A stretch of 57,926 nt of DNA, taken from IMG/VR virus record IMGVR_UViG_3300028586_000735, positions 1 through 57,926 of that record. One strand, given 5' to 3'. This document shows, piece by piece, positions 36,736 to 46,651 of the stretch. The DNA is from a virus. Lineage: Duplodnaviria > Caudoviricetes. Made by a program: the position numbers and the translations under genes. The notes under the pieces are model-generated. The model ran no database searches and was not told the DNA's origin. It saw only the letters and a list, made by a program, of their open reading frames with translations. Positions within the stretch are counted from its first letter, which is position 1. Each line of letters begins with the position of its first letter.

Positions 36736-37107
36736 ATGTCCGCCTTCTACGACGAAATGGCCGTCATGGCTCTCGATCTGATCACCGAGTTTGGGCAGCC
36801 GGTCACCATCCGAGATATTGAAAAGGGTGCTTATGACCCAAGTAAGGGTGGCACGGTACCGGACATTGTCACCGAGCGAACCGCCCAAGGCATCCTGCTC
36901 GACTTTACGGGTCAAGAGTTCCAGACCAACACCCTGATCAAGGTGGGCGACAAGAAGCTGAAGATTGCCGCGAAGGGCCTTGAGCAGCCACCGACGTTGC
37001 TCAGCAAGGTGGTGGTCCAGGGGCGCACCTGGTCGATCATTCCTCCGCTGAAAGAGATCAACCCGGCAGGCACACCACTGCTCTACGAGCTGCAGGTGCG
37101 CTCATGA
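36736..37107 (+). CDS. Head closure protein
   Basis: EFGQ.VTI, Y.LQVR; synteny. Confidence 0.7.
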   Translation: MSAFYDEMAVMALDLITEFGQPVTIRDIEKGAYDPSKGGTVPDIVTERTAQGILLDFTGQEFQTNTLIKVGDKKLKIAAKGLEQPPTLLSKVVVQGRTWSIIPPLKEINPAGTPLLYELQVRS

Positions 37108-37760
37108 GCCGCGCAGGTGCTGGTCAGTCCGGCAGCTTCGCCCTCGACCTCGCCAAATTTGCCGAGCAGGCCAAGGAAGCGGTCGATGTGAGTCTTCGCG
37201 AGATCATCATCAAGATAGGCAGCAGCGTCATCCGGATGTCTCCGGTGGGCAATCCTGAGATATGGGCGGCCAACCTGGCATTTCGCGATGCCAACACCCG
37301 CGTAGCCGACGACTACGACTTCAAGGTTTCCCTGCGGAATACCGCCATCAACCTGACAGAGTCGAACTTCACGAAGTCCGGCAAGCTGAAGCGAGGCGTG
37401 AAATACGCCAAGCCGTTGACCAAGACCGAGCGTGTCCAGAACTTCAACGTCAACGGGCTCGTAGCTGGCCAGGATTACGTCGGCGGCCGATTCCGTGGAA
37501 ACTGGATGTTCGGGATTGGCGCGCCAGACGGAGCCACGACGGAAGAGGTCGACCCGAGTGGCAGCAGATCCACCGCGCGCATCGTCAACGGTGTGCTGGA
37601 ATTCCACGCCGGTGACGTCGCCTACATTACCAACAGCCTGCCATACGCCATCCCGCTGGAATTTGGGCATTCGACCCAGGCGCCGGGCGGCATGGTCCGA
37701 ATCACCGTGGCGCGTTTCCAGCAGATCGTTGAGGCGGCCATCAGGAATCATCAGGTATGA
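37104..37760 (+). CDS. HK97 gp10-like tail completion protein
   Basis: SPV, GRFRGNW, N.LPYA..LEFGHS.QAP.GMV. Confidence 0.8.
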   Translation: MSRAGAGQSGSFALDLAKFAEQAKEAVDVSLREIIIKIGSSVIRMSPVGNPEIWAANLAFRDANTRVADDYDFKVSLRNTAINLTESNFTKSGKLKRGVKYAKPLTKTERVQNFNVNGLVAGQDYVGGRFRGNWMFGIGAPDGATTEEVDPSGSRSTARIVNGVLEFHAGDVAYITNSLPYAIPLEFGHSTQAPGGMVRITVARFQQIVEAAIRNHQV

Positions 37761-38167
37761 GCCATAAAATAATCCGCTCACTGTTCGAGCAGAGACTCAC
37801 GGTGTGGGCGGGCGGGCGCAACCTGAGGATCGCCTATCAGGGCGTCAGCTTCACGCCAGAGGCGGACGAGACATATCTGGCAGCGTTCATGCTTCCGGCC
37901 GGGACCGGTACCGACACCTTGTCGGGCGATCATCGCGTCTATACAGGTCTGTTCCAGATCAACGTTGTGACCCCGGCTGGCAATGGGACTGGCGAAGCTG
38001 AGGGTCTTGTCGACGAAATTGCCGCTCTGTTCCCGGCTTACCTCAGGCTCAAGCAGGACGCGTTCTTGGTGCTTGTACTCACGCCGGTTGAGCCCGGGCC
38101 GCCGATCACCGGTGACAGCACGCTGACAGTCTCTGCCTCATTCCAGTACCGCTCCGACACCAACTAA
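37757..38167 (+). CDS. Tail terminator (DUF4128-like)
   Basis: G.FQINV..P.G.G; precedes the tail tube gene. Confidence 0.75.
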   Translation: MSHKIIRSLFEQRLTVWAGGRNLRIAYQGVSFTPEADETYLAAFMLPAGTGTDTLSGDHRVYTGLFQINVVTPAGNGTGEAEGLVDEIAALFPAYLRLKQDAFLVLVLTPVEPGPPITGDSTLTVSASFQYRSDTN

Positions 38168-38238
38168 CTCGCCCATTGGGCAAACCCAGAACCCGCCATT
38201 GAGCGGGTTTTGTCATTTCTGCACAGAGGAAAACCAAC

Positions 38239-38895
38239 ATGGGCTTCAGACTCCCCAACGGCGCAACCCTTCAGATCGCTTCCGCCTACGGCGCGGCAAT
38301 CCCGGTAACTGCGCTGAGCAATGCAAACCCTGCGGTGGCCACAGCCGCTGCGCACGGCCTGAGCGACGGTGACATCATCGCTGTGACATCGGGCTGGACT
38401 CGCCTGAATGATCGCGCCACTCGCGTTTCCAAAAGCCTGAGCGGTACGTTTGCGCTGGAAAACATCAACACCACCAATCTGCAGCCATATCCGGCTGGTT
38501 CAGGCACCGGCTCAGTGCGCAAGGTAACCAGCTTTGTCGAGGTGCCCCAGATCACCGAAGTAAACACCAGTGGTGGTGACCAGCAGTTTCTGACCTTTGG
38601 CTTCCTCGCCGACGACGATGATCGTCAGATGCCAACCACCAAGAACCCGATCAGCATGTCGTTTACCGTGGCAGATGACCCGGACCTTCCCTACGTCGCT
38701 ATCGTAGAGGCTGCAGACGACGACAAGCAGACGCGTGTGCTTCGTTTGAACCTGCCGGGCGGTAGCAGCATCGTTTACAACGCTTACGTGTCCATCACCA
38801 CGACGCCGGCGCTGGGTCGAAACAACCTGATGACCCGCGTGATGACCCTGTCACTGGCAGGCCGTCCAACCCGTTACTCGGCAGTGGTGGCGTAA
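38239..38895 (+). CDS. Major tail tube protein
   Basis: LPNGAT, SNANPAVAT, SGGDQQF. Confidence 0.85.
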   Translation: MGFRLPNGATLQIASAYGAAIPVTALSNANPAVATAAAHGLSDGDIIAVTSGWTRLNDRATRVSKSLSGTFALENINTTNLQPYPAGSGTGSVRKVTSFVEVPQITEVNTSGGDQQFLTFGFLADDDDRQMPTTKNPISMSFTVADDPDLPYVAIVEAADDDKQTRVLRLNLPGGSSIVYNAYVSITTTPALGRNNLMTRVMTLSLAGRPTRYSAVVA

Positions 38896-38898
38896 CCC

Positions 38899-39282
38899 AT
38901 GGCCAAGATCAAGATCGCCCAGAACCCGACATTCAAAGCTCCGGTGATGATCCCTCGCATCGGCGAAGCGCCGGTGAAAGTGGAGTTTGAATTCAAGTAC
39001 ATGGACCGCAAGGCGCTTGCCGAAATGTTCGAGCGCTGGAACACGGCACGCGCCGATCTGAACGCGAAGCGCATTGATGACGGCATCACCTGGCAGGAAG
39101 TGACCGCGTCTGAGATCGCGCTGCAGGTCGAGCAGATCAAAGACGTCGTGACCAGCTGGACCTTCGACGACAAGTTCACTGAGGAGGCCGTTGCCGCACT
39201 GGTGACCACTTGCGTTGGCGCGCCTCAGGCTGTGATCGACGCATACCAGTCGGCCTACGACCCTGCACGCCTGGGAAACTGA
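38899..39282 (+). CDS. Tail assembly chaperone (gpG-like)
   Basis: Between tube and tape measure; ends RLGN with a slippery site. Confidence 0.85.
   Translation: MAKIKIAQNPTFKAPVMIPRIGEAPVKVEFEFKYMDRKALAEMFERWNTARADLNAKRIDDGITWQEVTASEIALQVEQIKDVVTSWTFDDKFTEEAVAALVTTCVGAPQAVIDAYQSAYDPARLGN
39273..39279 (+). other. -1 programmed frameshift site G GGA AAC
   Basis: XXXYYYZ heptamer right before the stop; the -1 frame is open to 39593. Confidence 0.85.
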
Positions 39283-39593
39283 AGGCGGCGGCCCGGGCGC
39301 TGTACGAGCCTGGGCCGTCGGAGCAGGAGCTTGCAGCCTTCGGTATGACCTTGGCTGACATCCCCGTCGAAGAAGTTGAGGTCTGGCCCGACTCATGGAA
39401 GGCATTCCGGCTGTTCGAATCGCTTTCCACTCAGTGGCGGACCGGGCCGGGCGGCGCTTCCGGCCTTGATTACTCCGCCATCCCCGCCACGGCACACATG
39501 GCCGGCATCAAGCGCAACGAACTACCTGGCATCTTTTCCGACCTCCGCACGATGGAAGTCGAAGCATTGCTCGTGATGAGCGAATCGAAATAA
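39279..39593 (+). CDS. gpT-like frameshift extension (DUF1799-like)
   Basis: VWP..W.AF.LF..L.TQWR.G..G..GLDY. Confidence 0.8.
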   Translation: MKAAARALYEPGPSEQELAAFGMTLADIPVEEVEVWPDSWKAFRLFESLSTQWRTGPGGASGLDYSAIPATAHMAGIKRNELPGIFSDLRTMEVEALLVMSESK

Positions 39594-39603
39594 CGGAGCG
39601 CTC

Positions 39604-42600
39604 ATGACGACCATTGCAGAACTCGGAATCAAGGTTGATTCCGGCGATGCCGCGCAGGCCGCTACCGATCTGGACAAGCTGGCTGCTGCTGGCAGTCGTG
39701 CAGAGAAGGCAGCCGAGGGCGTCTCGTCAGGTTTTGACAAGGCCTCTACATCGGCCACAGGGCTGACTACGGCGGAAACAAAGCTCAACGAAACAACCGA
39801 GCAGGCGATGACGCGACTCACAGCGATGGCCAAGGCCTCGCTGGATTCGAGTGAGTATTACCAGCGCCTGACGACCAGCGTTACCAGCAATACTTCGGCT
39901 GTGGACGCCTCAAGCTCTTCTGTCAGCAGCCTGGCAGCGCTCCGGCGTCGATTGCAGGCTGATTCTGATGCGCTGGTGGGGTCGACCGACCAGCTCGCTG
40001 AGTCGACGAAGAGGGCAGCGGCCGCTACCGGCGTTGAGGCCGAAGGTTTGCAGGCCCTTCTGGGCAAGATCAACCCCACTCTGGTAGCCCTCAGTAAGCT
40101 TGATGAGCAGCAGGCACAGCTGCAGAAATACAAGAACTCCGGGCTCATCGATGCCGATACGTTCAAGGAGTACTCCAGCCGTATTGACGCGTCCCGTCAG
40201 AAGCTTGGCGATTTCAGCGAGACGCTCAAGAAGACCAGTTCATCGTCGGCTCAGACTGAGCAGGCGCTGAAACAGCTGCCCGAGCAATTCACGGATATCT
40301 TCACCAGCATCATTGCAGGACAAAGCCCCCTGCTGGTTTTGCTTCAGCAGGGTGGGCAGATCAAGGACTCGTTCGGTGGCATCGGGCCGACACTCGACGT
40401 GCTGGGCAGCAAAATCAAATCCATTCTCGGCATAGGCGGGAGCATAAGCGCGGTAGGCGAAGCCTTCGAAAGTGTCGGGACCGGCGCTAAGGCGGCCGCC
40501 GACGGGGCAGAAGCTGCCGGGGCCGGTCTTGGCGCAATGGCTGAGGGCGCAAATACTGCCGCTGATGCGGCGAAGAACGCCAAGGAGGCTGCCGGAGCCC
40601 TTAACGCTGCGACCCCGCCACTCACCATCGGCTTTGGTCTTGTCGTGGCGGGCGCTGTTGCTGCTGCCGCAGCTATTGGGGCGCTGATCTACGGGTACAG
40701 CCAGGGCAGCAAGGAAACTGACAACTTTAACAAAGCCCTGATCCTGACCGGGAACGTCGCTGGTACAACGTCTGGCAGCCTCGCTGTGATGGCTCGGCAG
40801 GTAGCCGCAGTCAATGGGACCATCGGAGAGGCCGCCGCATCACTGGCGCAAATTGCAAACAGTGGCAGCATCGCATCGGGAAGCTTCAAGACGGTAGCTG
40901 ATGCAGCTGCAGCGATGGAGGACGCTACCGGAAAGGCAGTTGAGAAAACCGTTTCCGAGTTCGTCAAAATCGGGAAAGACCCCGTGGGCGCCGCAAAGGA
41001 GTTGAACGATCAGTACAACTTCCTAACTGCATCCGTTTACAGTCAAATCGTGGCGCTCAAAGAGCAAGGCGACACGATAGGCGCGGCCAAGCTTCTCACC
41101 GATGCCTACGCTGACGCTATCAATGATCGCTCAGGCGACATCACAAAGAACCTCGGTCTTTGGGAGCGCGGATGGAAGGCTGTAGGCGACTCGGCAAAGG
41201 CGACGCTCGACTCGGTCAAGAACATTGGCCGAGAGCAGGACGACGCACAAAAAATAGTCGAGCTGCAGCAACAGGCCGCCTATGCGCAAAGCCAGGTCAA
41301 TTACGACCCGACAGATACCGATGCGGCCCAGCGTCTCAACGCTATTAAGCAGGAGCTGGCTTTCCTCGATCAGCAGCGCGAAACACAATCGGCGATCGCA
41401 GCCGCCAAAGGTAACGAGGCCCAGCGCCAGAAAGAGGGTATCGCCGCCGAGCAACGCCTCAAGCTGATCAGTGATTCCAACCTCACCAATGCCGAGAAAC
41501 GCGACAAGCTTACGAAGGCCTACCTGCGCGATGTAGAGGTTCTGAAAAAAGCGAACCCCGACGATCCGAAAGTGCAGGCCGACTATGTCGCAAAGACCCT
41601 GCAAAACATCAAGGACAAGAACAAGGATCCTGCAAAGCCGGCCGGATCTGTTGACCTGACTGCCTTCAATGCTGCGCAAAACCAGCTGAAGTCGATAACC
41701 GGCTATTACGACGGCATCCAGAAGGAACTGGACGCATCGCAGAAAGCTGGACTGGTGTCTGCTGAGTCCTATGCGAGCCAGCGCGCGGCGATCATCGAGC
41801 AGCAGAAGGGCGACGTGACATCGGCCTATGAGACGGAGATAGCGGCACTTGAGGCTGCTCGCGGAAAGGCGTCTACCAGCGCCGAGCAGCGCGTTCAGCT
41901 TGATCAGAAGATCGCCGATGCCCGCACCTCTATAGTGGAGGCGCAGAAAAAGGCCGAGAGCGAACTTTCTGTGCTCGCTACCAGTGAGATTGGCAGGCTG
42001 AAGAAGCAGGAGCTGGCGGTTTCTACGTACACCAGCGCCCTAGAGCAGCAGGTCAAAACGCTGCGCCAGCAAGGACAGCGCTCTGCGGCCACGCTTGGCA
42101 TGGGTGATCGCCAGCGCGGACTGACGGACCAGCAGAACTCCGTAGATGACCGGATCAACCAGCAGAAGGTCGAGCTGGCCAACCAGTACGGTGATGGCTC
42201 GCGGGGCATGAGCCTCGACGAGTACAACCTGAAGCTGGCAGCGCTCAACAAGAACCAGAAGGATCTGCGCGATGCTGTCCAGGCCAACTATGACGACATG
42301 ACCGTTGCCCAAGGCAGCTGGAGTGCTGGGGCATCGTCGGCCTTTCAAAACTACCTGGATTCGGCAAGGGATGTTGCAGGACAGACCAAAAGCCTGTTCA
42401 CGAACGCATTCAGCAGCATGGAAGACTCTGTCGCCAACTTCGCTTTGACGGGTAAGTTCTCGTTCAGCGACTTCACGAAATCAATTTTGTCCGACATGGC
42501 CAAGATTGCGTCTCGTCAGGCCAGCTCTGCATTGCTTGGAACGCTGGTGGGCGCGGCAACGAGCTACTTCACTGGCGGCACAGGCAACGGACTTGCATCA

Positions 42601-43092
42601 GGCTCAGCAGGCGCTATCTCATCCAGCGCTGGCGCGAGCGCGGCAGGCTACAGCGACTCCGCATTGAGCGGCTGGTCTGGGGTTGCCCAGGCCAAAGGCG
42701 GTGCATGGTCCAACGGTGTGCAGATGTTCGCCAATGGCGCTGCTTTCACCAACAGCATCGTCAGCAAGCCGACGGCGTTCGGTATGGCTGGCGGCGGTGT
42801 CGGGGTTATGGGTGAGGCGGGCGATGAGGCAATCATGCCGCTGACTCGCACGGCTGGCGGACAGCTCGGCGTGCGCGCGCTTGGCGGTGGTGGCAGCGGG
42901 AGCAATACTTACAACTTCCCCGTCTCGGTATCGGTCCAGACGTCGGGCGACTCAGGCGGTGCGAGCACCCAGGAGGCATCAACGCAGCTCGGCAAAGGCA
43001 TTCAGCAGGCCGCAAAAACCGAGGCCGAGACTGCAATCGCTCGCGCGCTGCAACCTGGTGGTTCGATCTGGAGGCTCACAAATGGCAGGTAG
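39604..43092 (+). CDS. Tail tape measure protein
   Basis: 1162 aa Ala-rich helical; LLQQGGQIKD; C-terminal GEAG.EAIMPL. Confidence 0.95.
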   Translation: MTTIAELGIKVDSGDAAQAATDLDKLAAAGSRAEKAAEGVSSGFDKASTSATGLTTAETKLNETTEQAMTRLTAMAKASLDSSEYYQRLTTSVTSNTSAVDASSSSVSSLAALRRRLQADSDALVGSTDQLAESTKRAAAATGVEAEGLQALLGKINPTLVALSKLDEQQAQLQKYKNSGLIDADTFKEYSSRIDASRQKLGDFSETLKKTSSSSAQTEQALKQLPEQFTDIFTSIIAGQSPLLVLLQQGGQIKDSFGGIGPTLDVLGSKIKSILGIGGSISAVGEAFESVGTGAKAAADGAEAAGAGLGAMAEGANTAADAAKNAKEAAGALNAATPPLTIGFGLVVAGAVAAAAAIGALIYGYSQGSKETDNFNKALILTGNVAGTTSGSLAVMARQVAAVNGTIGEAAASLAQIANSGSIASGSFKTVADAAAAMEDATGKAVEKTVSEFVKIGKDPVGAAKELNDQYNFLTASVYSQIVALKEQGDTIGAAKLLTDAYADAINDRSGDITKNLGLWERGWKAVGDSAKATLDSVKNIGREQDDAQKIVELQQQAAYAQSQVNYDPTDTDAAQRLNAIKQELAFLDQQRETQSAIAAAKGNEAQRQKEGIAAEQRLKLISDSNLTNAEKRDKLTKAYLRDVEVLKKANPDDPKVQADYVAKTLQNIKDKNKDPAKPAGSVDLTAFNAAQNQLKSITGYYDGIQKELDASQKAGLVSAESYASQRAAIIEQQKGDVTSAYETEIAALEAARGKASTSAEQRVQLDQKIADARTSIVEAQKKAESELSVLATSEIGRLKKQELAVSTYTSALEQQVKTLRQQGQRSAATLGMGDRQRGLTDQQNSVDDRINQQKVELANQYGDGSRGMSLDEYNLKLAALNKNQKDLRDAVQANYDDMTVAQGSWSAGASSAFQNYLDSARDVAGQTKSLFTNAFSSMEDSVANFALTGKFSFSDFTKSILSDMAKIASRQASSALLGTLVGAATSYFTGGTGNGLASGSAGAISSSAGASAAGYSDSALSGWSGVAQAKGGAWSNGVQMFANGAAFTNSIVSKPTAFGMAGGGVGVMGEAGDEAIMPLTRTAGGQLGVRALGGGGSGSNTYNFPVSVSVQTSGDSGGASTQEASTQLGKGIQQAAKTEAETAIARALQPGGSIWRLTNGR

Positions 43093-43094
43093 TC

Positions 43095-43433
43095 ATGGCG
43101 ATTGAAACGTTTACCTGGCCTACCCAGCACGGAGACGCGCCCGATATCAGTTATCGGGTGCGCACCTCCAAGTTCGGCAATGGCTATAAGCAGGAAGTTG
43201 GCGACGGGCCGAACAACAAGGAGGACTCATATCCAATCACCTTCACGGGCACGAAGGAGAGAGTCTTGCAGATCATGGAGTTTCTTGATCGGCACGCCGG
43301 AGCGAAAGCATTTCTCTGGACCACGCCCCTCGGCCAACTCGGCCTGTTCACCTGCAAAAATCCAGTGCCTACCCCGATGGGGGGTATCGCATTCAAATTG
43401 ACGGCCACGTTCGAACGGGCCTTCCACCCTTAA
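43095..43433 (+). CDS. Minor tail protein M
   Basis: FG.GY.Q...DG.N, FL.RH.G.KAF.WT.P. Confidence 0.9.
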   Translation: MAIETFTWPTQHGDAPDISYRVRTSKFGNGYKQEVGDGPNNKEDSYPITFTGTKERVLQIMEFLDRHAGAKAFLWTTPLGQLGLFTCKNPVPTPMGGIAFKLTATFERAFHP

Positions 43434-43442
43434 GGACATCTC

Positions 43443-44192
43443 ATGCCGTTGATTGCTGACATTCAGGCGCTTGAGCCGGGCAGCGAAGCACTGCTGTTTG
43501 AGCTTGATGGTTCTGACTATGGCGCGGATATCCTGCGCTTTCATGGTCACGCCATTCCGCACACTGCAGCCGAACTGATCGCCGTCGGCCTTGAGGCTGA
43601 TCAGTTGCCGGCCAAGTCGATCTGGTGGCAAGGCAACGAGTACGGTGCCTGGCCAATGCAGATTGACGGCATTGAAGCGAATGGTGACGGCACGGCGGTC
43701 CGGCCCACGCTTTCAGTTGGTAACGTCAACGGACGTATCACGGCGCTCTGCCTGGCATTCGAGGATCTGCTCGAGTTCAAGCTTACGATGCGTCATACGC
43801 TCGGCAGGTATCTGGACGCCGAGAACTTCCCTGGCGGCAACCCTGAGGCTGATCCGACTCAGGAATCTATCGAGGTCTGGTATCTCGATCAGAAAACCAA
43901 TGAGGACGGTGAAACGGTCAGTTGGGAGCTGGCCAGCCCGGGCGACGTCGGCGGCGAGTCGATTGGCCGGCAGATGACCACGCTTTGTCATTGGTGCCTC
44001 ACTGGTGGATATCGAGGGCCGAACTGCGGCTACACCGGACCATACGTCGACAAAGACGGGCAGCCCACCGATAACCCTGAACTAGATGTCTGCGATGCCA
44101 CGTTGACGCGCGGCTGCACGCCGCGCTTCGGTGCTGGTAACGAAGTACCCTTTGGCGGTTTCCCCGCCGTATCGCTGATCGCGCGGAGCTGA
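43443..44192 (+). CDS. Minor tail protein L
   Basis: C.W...YRG..CGY.G, C..RFG, FGGFP. Confidence 0.9.
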   Translation: MPLIADIQALEPGSEALLFELDGSDYGADILRFHGHAIPHTAAELIAVGLEADQLPAKSIWWQGNEYGAWPMQIDGIEANGDGTAVRPTLSVGNVNGRITALCLAFEDLLEFKLTMRHTLGRYLDAENFPGGNPEADPTQESIEVWYLDQKTNEDGETVSWELASPGDVGGESIGRQMTTLCHWCLTGGYRGPNCGYTGPYVDKDGQPTDNPELDVCDATLTRGCTPRFGAGNEVPFGGFPAVSLIARS

Positions 44193-44194
44193 CC

Positions 44195-44959
44195 ATGCTG
44201 AAATACATTCTGGCTGCCATCCAGGTGCACGCGGCAGCGGAATACCCGCGCGAGTGCTGCGGGCTGCTTCTGAGCGTGGGGCGAAAGCAGCAGTACTTTC
44301 CCTGCTCCAACACGGCGACCGATCCAAACGAAGAGTTCCGCATCAGCCCCGAGGATTACGCAGCGGCGGAAGACCTCGGCACAGTGATAGGCGTTGTCCA
44401 TTCGCACCCCGATGCGACCAGTCGGCCATCACCACGCGATCTGGCGATGTGCGAAGCAACGGAACTACCTTGGCATATCCTCAGCTGGCCCGAGGGCGAC
44501 CTGCGCACCATCGTGCCCACCGGCAATACGCCGCTACTGAAGCGCCCGTTCGTGCATGGCGCATGGGACTGCTGGCAGGTCTGTGCCGACTGGTACAAGC
44601 GCGAGTTCGGCCTGGAGTTCGAAGCATTCAAGCGCAAGGACGGATGGTGGGAGAGCGCAGATGCCGAAAGCCTCTACGAATCCAACTATGAGGCGGCCGG
44701 GTTCGTCAGGGTTGATCAGCCGCAGCGCGGCGACATGATCGTGATGGAAGTCGGGCGCACCAAGCACCCGAATCACGCTGGCATTTATCTCGGCGCCGAC
44801 GCATCGCTGACTGGCGAGGAGGGAGGGGTGTTCGGCCCCGGCCCGTTCCTGCTGCACCACCTGTACGGCAGGCCGTCCGAGATCATCGTTTTCGGTGGTC
44901 CGTGGCTGGACAGAACCCGCCTGATCCTCAGGCACAAAAATGCACAACAAAACAAATAA
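44195..44959 (+). CDS. Tail assembly protein K (JAB plus NlpC/P60)
   Basis: YP.ECCG, HSHP...PS..D, DCW, NHAGIY. Confidence 0.9.
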   Translation: MLKYILAAIQVHAAAEYPRECCGLLLSVGRKQQYFPCSNTATDPNEEFRISPEDYAAAEDLGTVIGVVHSHPDATSRPSPRDLAMCEATELPWHILSWPEGDLRTIVPTGNTPLLKRPFVHGAWDCWQVCADWYKREFGLEFEAFKRKDGWWESADAESLYESNYEAAGFVRVDQPQRGDMIVMEVGRTKHPNHAGIYLGADASLTGEEGGVFGPGPFLLHHLYGRPSEIIVFGGPWLDRTRLILRHKNAQQNK

Positions 44960-45156
44960 CGCGGCAGGGCCGCAGGAGAAGTTTATGAACCGAGCACAGC
45001 CTAGCGACGAGCTGGATGAGCAATTGAAATCTGCAAGGCTGGACCTTCTGACGCTCAATTGCCGACTCGACGCCCTACTTGCTCAGCAAATGAACAGCTC
45101 GGCAACTATAGCCAGCCTCCAGCAAGCTGTGGCGGCCCTGCAGGAGGGCGCTCAAA

Positions 45157-45354
45157 TCAAGCGGTAGCCTTTTCCCATTCCTCAAGCGCATAAGCTTTCA
45201 TTTGCTCAAGCGTCATCTGTTCGTAATTTGGCGGAGCTACAGGATAGAAAGTGCTTGAGGCTCCTAGCGGCCCTCTTACGGTGATTATCAGGTTCCACAT
45301 CGGCTGATCCATATTTGCATAGCTAACGCCGCTTACCGTCCATTTGCTGCTCAC
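45157..45354 (-). CDS. Small counter-oriented hypothetical protein
   Basis: GGAGG RBS, GTG start, 65 aa. Confidence 0.5.
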   Translation of the reverse strand: MSSKWTVSGVSYANMDQPMWNLIITVRGPLGASSTFYPVAPPNYEQMTLEQMKAYALEEWEKATA

Positions 45355-45532
45355 TATGACCTCCTAGGTCTTATTGCCCCTGTCCGTGGGTTTGAAGGTA
45401 ACGGACCGAGGCGGTTCGTTAGAGGCGCAACGCTACTATGATGATGGCGAGCCGCGTTACTGGTCATTCAGCCACGCTGGATAGGCGACCAGCTCGGTGT
45501 TAGGCTTCAGCTCTACTCACTGAGGGATCACT

Positions 45533-45955
45533 ATGCGAATTTTGATAGGGACACTGGCTGTTGCGCTGCTGGCGGGGTGCTCCACCTCACCAATATCAGT
45601 CGGCCAGGCCGAGCCTGTGCCATCTGATGAGCTCTACGCCTATCAATCGAAACCTGCTGGCGAGAGTGGCAAGGTTACTGTCATTCGAGATTCGGGTTTT
45701 GTCGGGTCTGGCTGCGATATCGTGGTTTATGTGGATGGCCGCAAAGCTGCCAAGATTGGAACTGGTCAGCGCGCGAGCTTTTACCTGAAGCCTGGCAGTC
45801 CAAGTATTGGAGCTGGCCTTGCGGGCTCTGGATTATGTGCAGGCGCGGCGGTCAGGACGATATCTGCGAACGTGCAAAACGGGCATGAGAGTATTTACAG
45901 GATAACTGGCGACATGGGTGGTTTTTATATAGGCCCCTACGTCGAATACCAGTAA
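45533..45955 (+). CDS. Lipoprotein moron
   Basis: Lipobox LLAGC; V.RDSGF.G.GC...VYVDG; own terminator 45973-45994. Confidence 0.8.
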   Translation: MRILIGTLAVALLAGCSTSPISVGQAEPVPSDELYAYQSKPAGESGKVTVIRDSGFVGSGCDIVVYVDGRKAAKIGTGQRASFYLKPGSPSIGAGLAGSGLCAGAAVRTISANVQNGHESIYRITGDMGGFYIGPYVEYQ

Positions 45956-46009
45956 GTCAATATTTTGAAAAGGCCGCCTCCGGGCGGTTTTTTTGTGGCC
46001 GAGGATTTT

Positions 46010-46594
46010 ATGGCAGCAATCCACTATTCACCGATGACGACCATCAAGCTATCTGGATCATTGGCGCAAAGATTCGGGCGGGTACATCGTAGGCAGATTG
46101 ACTCAGGTCAGTCGCAGGAAGTCTTTCGAGCGCTCAACGTGACCATTCAAGGTTTCTCCGAAGAGATCAGCCGTCTGGATAAGCTTGGTATGCGCTTCGC
46201 AATCTTCAGAAATGGAAAGAACGTTGGAGTGGACGCCCTGTCGCTCGGCGGAACTCGTGAGATCCGAATCGTACCGGTGATTGGTGGCAGTAAGCGAGGC
46301 GGAATACTGCAGACAGTAATTGGAGCGGTGATGATCGCTGTTGGTGTCTACACAGGGCAGGCATGGCTGGTGCAGACCGGCGCGGCCTTGGCAATTGGCG
46401 GCGTAATCCAGAGGCTCAGCCCCCAAGCCTCGGGTCTAAAACAGAGCGCATCACCGGAAAACTCCCCGTCTTACGCCTTCGGCAGCGCCAAGAACACCAC
46501 GGCCAGCGGCAACCCGGTCCCGATCTGCATTGGCGAGCGGCGCTGGGGCGGGGCGATCATCTCTGCATCGATCTACGCCGAAGACAAGACGTAA
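46010..46594 (+). CDS. Tail assembly protein I
   Basis: L.G.L...FG, IRIVPVI.GSK, G.PVPI..G....G..IISA. Confidence 0.9.
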   Translation: MAAIHYSPMTTIKLSGSLAQRFGRVHRRQIDSGQSQEVFRALNVTIQGFSEEISRLDKLGMRFAIFRNGKNVGVDALSLGGTREIRIVPVIGGSKRGGILQTVIGAVMIAVGVYTGQAWLVQTGAALAIGGVIQRLSPQASGLKQSASPENSPSYAFGSAKNTTASGNPVPICIGERRWGGAIISASIYAEDKT

Positions 46595-46651
46595 CCACCA
46601 CGAATCCAACAGGCCGCCCGAGAGGCGGTTTTTTTATGCCTGGAGAAAAGC

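Noticed and set aside
44985-45167. 60-aa plus-strand coiled-coil ORF after tail K
   Set aside because: It has an RBS-like sequence but overlaps the convergent ORF and has no recognisable features; too weak to call.
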